From the NCBI GenBank assembly GCA_050309605.1, contig JBNRMN010000001.1, positions 1 to 64,000 of the forward strand: DNA of 64,000 nt. The letters are read 5' to 3'. Each line of letters starts with the position of its first letter. Within the stretch, counting starts at the first letter, position 1. Position numbers and translations under genes: made by a program. The notes beneath the pieces were generated by a model, which worked only from the letters and a program-made list of their open reading frames with translations, did not search any database and was not told the DNA's origin. Positions 58,785 to 64,000 of this stretch are shown in pieces. The DNA is from Anaerohalosphaeraceae bacterium (GTDB lineage: Bacteria > Planctomycetota > Phycisphaerae > Sedimentisphaerales > Anaerohalosphaeraceae).

Positions 58785-60478
58785 CCTGGCATTCGGGCTG
58801 CCTACAGGAACTGTCGGAGCTGACGTTTCACGCGCTGAATCAGACGATTACCGACGAGCAGTTTCAGCGGCTGGAGCAGTTGCTGGCAGCCTATCCTCTG
58901 GCTCGGGCGTATTATCTTGAAATCCTGTGGGTGTGTGTAGGATTGAACGAAAAAGAAGGGATTGCCTCCTTGCAGGCCGAAGGGCGCTCGTTAGAGGAGT
59001 TTGATATGGCGTTGTGGCAGGCGCTGGCGCGTGAGGAAAAGCAAGCGCGTCCTGCGGCATTCCATCAACCGATGTCCGAACCGCGGCCGCTGGTGACCAA
59101 TGTCAAGGCGTATAAGCAGACGCTCAAAGCCCCGCGTCGTGTTTCCAAGGCGGCGCTGTGGACGGCGGTGCTGTCGCTGGCGGCGATGCTGCTGATGGCG
59201 GTGTATGTGGTGTTGGCTCCGCCGCCGTCGATGGCGGTGGCGACGATTGTGGATGCGATTGACGCCCACGGTCCCGGCGCCCCGTCGGTCAAAACCGGTC
59301 TGCGGGTCACAACGTCGCGCGAGCCGATTCAATTGACGCGGGGAGTGATCCGGCTTCAGACTGATGCGGGGGTGGATATTTGTCTTGAGGGGCCGGCGGA
59401 ATTTCGATTTGTCAGCGGTACAGAACTGGTGATGACGTCCGGGCGTGTGTTTGCTCATGTCGGCCCTGAAGGCAGGGAATTTACGGTGACCACACCCAGT
59501 TCGAGGGTGATCGATCTGGGCACTCGATTCGGGGTTCAGGCCGATGCGAGCGGGCAGACCGAGCTTCATGTCTTTGAGGGCAGTGCGCTGATTTTGGCCG
59601 GCGAAGCGGACAAAAGCCGCACGCCGGATTTGGTCGAGGCCGGGCAGGCCCGTCGCGTGGATTATCAATCCCGCCGGATTGAAGCCATTCCGATTGTTCA
59701 GGAGCGTTTTGTGCGCCGTATCAATTCAGAAAAGCAGTTGGTGTGGCGCGGACAGAATTTATCGCTGGCGGATATGGTCGGGGGCGGCAACGGCTTGGGA
59801 ACGGGCCGGCCGGAGACGGGCATCAGCCCGCTGACCGGACGACGGGGCGGCTATGAGTCGCGGAACAGGGAGGCGTCCAATGAGTTTGTTCAAACACCGT
59901 TGGAGCCCTACATTGACGGGGTCTTTGTACCCAACGGACGAGGCATTCAAACGATCAGTTCTCACGGGCATATTTTCGAGGTCTGTCCTGAAACGGGCGG
60001 GCTGTTTTATTCCGAAATGATTTACGGCGCCGGTCATTATCTGGACGATTTTGCCCTGGGCGCCGAGGCCGGAACGCTGGGCGGTCGCGTCTATGGTACG
60101 TCGGAAACGCCGAGTCTGTTTTTGCATGCCAATCTCGGTATTACGTTTGATCTCAAGGCGATTCGCAATGATTATCCGGATTTTGCGATTTGCCGCTTTA
60201 CGGCCGAGGCGGGTCTGTCCACGGCTGCGCCGGAAACCGGTAACGCCGACATCTGGGTGCTGGTGGACGGGCAGGTGCGATTCGTTGAAAACGGCATTCG
60301 GGAAAAAGGCAAAGCGTTTTCGATAGATATCAAACTCAAACCGACGGATCGTTTTTTGACGCTGGTCAGTACCGACGGCGGCGACGACAATTCCGCTTTT
60401 CGGACGTCGATCGCTTCGGACTGGTGCGTCTTTGTCTGGCCGCAGCTTGTATCGGCAGGCAGCCGGAGCCATGAGTGA
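58781..60478 (+). CDS. FecR-like anti-sigma factor with C-terminal NPCBM/NEW2-like domain
   Basis: Overlaps the sigma stop codon; one TM helix; LEGPAEF, VIDLGTRFGV, HVFEG; HANLGITFDL…FLTLVSTDGG. Confidence 0.88.
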   Translation: MTWHSGCLQELSELTFHALNQTITDEQFQRLEQLLAAYPLARAYYLEILWVCVGLNEKEGIASLQAEGRSLEEFDMALWQALAREEKQARPAAFHQPMSEPRPLVTNVKAYKQTLKAPRRVSKAALWTAVLSLAAMLLMAVYVVLAPPPSMAVATIVDAIDAHGPGAPSVKTGLRVTTSREPIQLTRGVIRLQTDAGVDICLEGPAEFRFVSGTELVMTSGRVFAHVGPEGREFTVTTPSSRVIDLGTRFGVQADASGQTELHVFEGSALILAGEADKSRTPDLVEAGQARRVDYQSRRIEAIPIVQERFVRRINSEKQLVWRGQNLSLADMVGGGNGLGTGRPETGISPLTGRRGGYESRNREASNEFVQTPLEPYIDGVFVPNGRGIQTISSHGHIFEVCPETGGLFYSEMIYGAGHYLDDFALGAEAGTLGGRVYGTSETPSLFLHANLGITFDLKAIRNDYPDFAICRFTAEAGLSTAAPETGNADIWVLVDGQVRFVENGIREKGKAFSIDIKLKPTDRFLTLVSTDGGDDNSAFRTSIASDWCVFVWPQLVSAGSRSHE

Positions 60479-60623
60479 ATTGATCAACGGCAGGCATCCG
60501 GCAGGAGACGCCGGATGGGAGGCGGCCAGATGGCAGGTCAGTCGCCTCACGGAGGTGTGTTGTGTGTGGACGAGGGGCGACTTTCAATAAAAGGGATCAC
60601 TTTTATTTGGAAAGGGTAATGGT

Positions 60624-62549
60624 ATGAAACACAAGATTCTTTTAGCGACGTTGCTGGTGTGTCTCTGTGCGGTCGGCTTGCAGGCCAGCCCGATTCCGGT
60701 GACCAACTTTAGCTTTGAAGAGCCGGGGGTCGGCAAGATCAAAGGCTGGGACGGCGAAGGCGTTGACGGGACGCCGGCGGTGGATATTCCCGGCTGGACG
60801 TCGGATGACACGCCGACGGATTCGGGCGTCGAAACAGGGTTCAATGCAACGGACGGCGAATACAGCGCCTTTTTGAGAAGCACGGATCCGGCGGTCTGGC
60901 AGGTTACCGAAGCAACGGTTACGCCCGGTGCAACTTATGTACTGACGGCGGATTTGTGGTCCACATGGCAGGGCGAGTTTGTCGAGATGATGCTGTTCTA
61001 TCAGGACGACGGAACACGCGTTGCACTGGCTACAGCGGAAGTGTCCGTTACAGGCGATCCGGCCGCGGCGACGCTGGTCTTTTCGGCGGATGACGTCCCG
61101 GCCGAAGCGGTCGGCAAACCCATCGGAATCCTGTTCGACAACACAACAACGGCTTACGGCGACAGCAGTTGGGTAGGCATCGATGATGTGCGTCTGTCGG
61201 CACAGTATGTGACCTTGATCAATCCGGCGCCGGACGGGGTTGAGTTTGTGCCGACCGAGACGACCCTGGAGTGGTCCGTTGTCGATGGCTGGCCCGTCGA
61301 TGTGTATCTCAGCGGGCCGTACACCGAGCCGAACGAGGTGCCGACCCTGAATCAGGTGATTTTCAATGAGGCGGCATCGAGTTATACCCCTGAGGAGGGA
61401 TTCGAGATCGGCGGCAAGTGGTATTACTGGCGGGTGGATGCGTATGAGCCGAATGACCTTGGCGAGCAGGTGTCCGTCCTGCATGTCGGCCCGGTTTGGC
61501 ATTTCCGAACCGTCGAGCGTATTCCGCGGATTACCCAGCAGCCGGTCAATGCGCTGGTCGAGGCCGGACAAACGGCGATGTTTGAGGTTCTCGCCGCCAG
61601 TTTGACCGAAGAGGCATATCAATGGTATCGTTCCGATGATGCGCTCATTGACGAGCAAGCCGATGAAGCGCTTGTCGGCGGGCAGTCGGCGGTTCTGGAA
61701 ATTGCCGATACGCAGGTTGCCGATGAGGGGTATTATTATTGCCGCATTGAGAATACCGCCGGGGCGGTTTATACCCGAGTTGTTACCCTTGCCGTTCAGC
61801 GCGCGATGGCGCACTGGACGCTGGATGAGGCTGATTATGCAGACGGTCAGTACCTTGACGTCAGCGGCGAAGGCCGACACGCCGACCCGAACGGGACGCC
61901 GACGTTTGATGAGGGGGTGCTGGGTGAAAGCGCTTTAATCTACGGCGACGGCTGGGCCGATGCAGGAACGTGGAATCCCTCGCAGTACAGCGGACAGTTG
62001 ACGCTTTCACTCTGGGCCAAGTGGGACGGCACTACCGGCTGGCAGGGGCTGATCGCCAAGCGCAATGCCTTTGAGGTTGAAGAGATGTTGTGGCTTCTGG
62101 AGATCGCATCGGGTTCGAATGCGGTGGAATTCAAAAGCTCTACGCAAACAATCGGCTCTCCGGCGATCCCGGCAGATCAATGGGAGCACGTGGCGGTTAC
62201 CTTTGACGGCCAGACGGCGACCATTTACCGCAACGGCGTTCAGGCGGCTCAGGGAACAGTGGTTCTCGGCCAGAAAACCGACGCGAATATGGTGATTGGC
62301 GCTGCCGAGCTGAACGAGCAGACCGGTGCTGCCTGGACGTTCAACGGCGCATTGGATGATGTACGGATCTACAACTATGTCCTTGATTTTGAGGCGGTTG
62401 CGGAGTTGTACTATGCAGCGACAGGCGATTCGCCGTGTGTCTATTCGTATGCCGACCATTTGGATTTCAATGAGGATTGCGTTGTGGATTTGCTGGACTT
62501 TGCCGAAATGGCTTCTCAATGGCTTGATACCGGTCGGTATCCGCGGTGA
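60624..62549 (+). CDS. Secreted multidomain protein (CBM-like, Ig-like, LamG, dockerin-like)
   Basis: Signal peptide; NFSFEEP; YYWRVD; ITQQP…DEGYYYC; WEHVAVTFDG…LDDVRIYN; LDFNEDCVVDLLDFAEMASQWL. Confidence 0.88.
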   Translation: MKHKILLATLLVCLCAVGLQASPIPVTNFSFEEPGVGKIKGWDGEGVDGTPAVDIPGWTSDDTPTDSGVETGFNATDGEYSAFLRSTDPAVWQVTEATVTPGATYVLTADLWSTWQGEFVEMMLFYQDDGTRVALATAEVSVTGDPAAATLVFSADDVPAEAVGKPIGILFDNTTTAYGDSSWVGIDDVRLSAQYVTLINPAPDGVEFVPTETTLEWSVVDGWPVDVYLSGPYTEPNEVPTLNQVIFNEAASSYTPEEGFEIGGKWYYWRVDAYEPNDLGEQVSVLHVGPVWHFRTVERIPRITQQPVNALVEAGQTAMFEVLAASLTEEAYQWYRSDDALIDEQADEALVGGQSAVLEIADTQVADEGYYYCRIENTAGAVYTRVVTLAVQRAMAHWTLDEADYADGQYLDVSGEGRHADPNGTPTFDEGVLGESALIYGDGWADAGTWNPSQYSGQLTLSLWAKWDGTTGWQGLIAKRNAFEVEEMLWLLEIASGSNAVEFKSSTQTIGSPAIPADQWEHVAVTFDGQTATIYRNGVQAAQGTVVLGQKTDANMVIGAAELNEQTGAAWTFNGALDDVRIYNYVLDFEAVAELYYAATGDSPCVYSYADHLDFNEDCVVDLLDFAEMASQWLDTGRYPR

Positions 62550-62571
62550 TTTTTGGGCCGACCCGGCTGCG

Positions 62572-62603
62572 AACACCCCGGCTTGCGGGCCGGGGTGTTT
62601 TTT
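62572..62603 (+). terminator. Intrinsic terminator
   Basis: AACACCCCGGC-ttgcgg-GCCGGGGTGTT followed by a T-tract. Confidence 0.85.
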
Positions 62604-62696
62604 GCGTGACTGCCGTCAATATTTGCGATGTATCTTCTTTTTTCAAAATGAGTTATAATTATTTTGAGAATTTTCAGGATTTTTGTAAAAAAAGGG

Positions 62697-62926
62697 TTGA
62701 CGTTTTGTGTTAAATGGCTAAACTTACATTTCTCAGTTGAGGACAGTAATTTCGGATGTGACGTGCCGAGGTGATGGGAAAAGGAAAAACTGAGTCTTGA
62801 AAAAAAGTTTGCGAAATTTGAAGTTTTTGACTTGACGGTTCATAAGCATTAGCTTAAGATGCTATGTCTGACAGCAAATGTCGCTGAAGCTTATGACCAG
62901 CGGCATTTTTTATTGCTCTTTGGTAA
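62697..62926 (+). promoter_or_regulatory. Tandem rrn-type promoters and boxA
   Basis: TTGACG-16-TAAACT (62697-62724), TTGACG-17-TAAGAT (62832-62860), boxA-like TGCTCTTTGGTAA (62914-62926). Confidence 0.75.
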
Positions 62927-63010
62927 TAGAGACGGGAAATTGGAGTTGAGTCTTGAGAGCCGACCGGCCGGGCGGAACATCAGTCACAGTCAGGTTCGGC
63001 AGGGATCGTC

Positions 63011-63084
<74 letters not shown>

Positions 63085-63193
63085 TTGACATTGACAATTG
63101 ACGATAGACTATTTTGGGATGGGCAATTACCGGAAACGTCCGCGACTTTCAGTGATTGTGGGATTATTGGAAATAGTCAATAGTCAATTGATC

Positions 63194-63266
63194 GGGGACG
63201 TAGCTCAGCTGGGAGAGCGCCGGCTTTGCAAGCCGGAAGTCGTGGGTTCGAATCCCATCGTCTCCA
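63194..63266 (+). tRNA. tRNA-Ala(TGC)
   Basis: GGGGACGTAGCTCAGCTGGGAGAGCGCCGGCTTTGCAAGCCGG…CGTCTCCA. Confidence 0.97.
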
Positions 63267-63533
63267 GTTGAGCCGTGCTCGGCAGAAAAATGAATGTTAA
63301 GGCGTTTAGGCCTTTTCAGATAAATAGGTTCTTTGACAAGTTCATAGTGGATAATTGTGGGTTGTGGGCACAGAAGCGTTTTTCTGTGCAACACATACTA
63401 CAACAGGTTAGTTCCGTATTTTTTACGGAACGGATCTGAAATGAGCGCTTATTAGCAAATACACCAAACCTGATATTCCGGCCGGTTTTCGGTCGGGGTA
63501 TGGCGAAACGGCCTGTCAATCTGTGATTGATAT

Positions 63534-63817
63534 GGTCAAGTTACTAAGAGTGCATGGGGGATGTCTTGGTGTCGAGAGGCGATGAAGGACGCGGCAGACT
63601 GCGAAAATTTCGGGGCAGAAGTCTAGCATTCGTTAATCCCGAAGTGTCCGAATGGGGAAACCCGTCGCCGGCGGGCAACCGACCGGCGTCATCCATGGCT
63701 GAATGCATAGGCCATGAGAAGCCAACGCAGGGAACTGAAACATCTAAGTACCTGCAGGAAAGGAAATCAACCGAGACTCCGTCAGTAGCGGCGAGCGAAA
63801 GCGGAATAGCCCAAACC
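63534..63817 (+). rRNA. rrl: 23S rRNA, 5' fragment (interrupted by an insertion; remainder not in window)
   Basis: GGTCAAG start; GGCGATGAAGGACG, CCGAATGGGGAAACC, GAACTGAAACATCTAAGTA, AGTAGCGGCGAGCGAAA, AGCCCAAACC. Confidence 0.95.
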
Positions 63818-63847
63818 CAGCACCTATTTTAACTAAGGATGAACACC

Positions 63848-64000
63848 ATGTGTTATGTGTACGTTCTTATCGATGAACAAACCGGAAAAAACTATACTGG
63901 ATACAGTTCCAATCTAAAGCGTCGTCTTGTACAGCACCAAAACGGTCACGGTGCTAAAACAACGTGTAAAGGCGACTGGAAACTGGTTTATTATGAGTCT
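63848..64000 (+). CDS. GIY-YIG nuclease family protein (3'-truncated by window end) inside the 23S rRNA gene
   Basis: Own translation, not in the ORF track: MCYVYVLIDEQTGKNYTGYSSNLKRRLVQHQNGHGAKTTCKGDWKLVYYES; AAGGA RBS at 63835-63839. Confidence 0.88.
   Translation, partial: MCYVYVLIDEQTGKNYTGYSSNLKRRLVQHQNGHGAKTTCKGDWKLVYYES

Noticed and set aside
58251..62549. ECF sigma / FecR / LamG set as a novel system
   Set aside because: Common arrangement in Planctomycetota; nothing unusual seen beyond the dockerin-like tag
62940..63010. Relic of a deleted 16S 5' end (TTGAGAG)
   Set aside because: The match is only 7 nt and is not followed by TTTGATC; not supportable
63554..63832. 92-aa ORF from the ORF track
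   Set aside because: Lies almost entirely within conserved 23S rRNA sequence; spurious

Overview
Chromosomal window of a GC-rich bacterium, most likely Planctomycetota class Phycisphaerae (Sedimentisphaerales-like). This is inferred from the Cys-flanked dockerin-like secreted proteins, an H-X9-DG prepilin, an ECF/FecR pair and a 23S gene with no linked 16S. In order, it holds: secreted glycoside hydrolases; dnaE; a solitary, intact phage-type terminase large subunit with its own promoter; ybaK-like and tyrS; a PPIase; tRNA-Leu; an apparently kinase-dead hybrid sensor; PIN/TRAM, PatB and fRMsr genes; a GmhB-Sua5 fusion; folD; a vWA gene divergent from an OmpR-type two-component system; an AT-rich amino-sugar glycosylation cassette surrounding a prepilin gene; a REP/BIME-like repeat family at three loci; a sigma54-driven flagellar cluster (flgBC-fliEFGHIJ-motE-motA-motB-motB-fliOPQR-flhB) with no hook, switch or filament genes in the window; zupT; an ECF/FecR/LamG set; and a tRNA-Ile/tRNA-Ala/23S unit. 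Strongest candidates for new biology: (1) a GIY-YIG nuclease ORF inserted about 280 nt into the 23S rRNA gene, cut by the window edge; (2) a reduced flagellar-type export machine whose FliG has altered switch motifs and whose two MotB proteins have degenerate peptidoglycan-binding domains, while torque and ion-conducting residues are kept; (3) the orphan terminase carrying an EndoIII-like Cys cluster. All calls come from reading motifs; no searches or computations were run.
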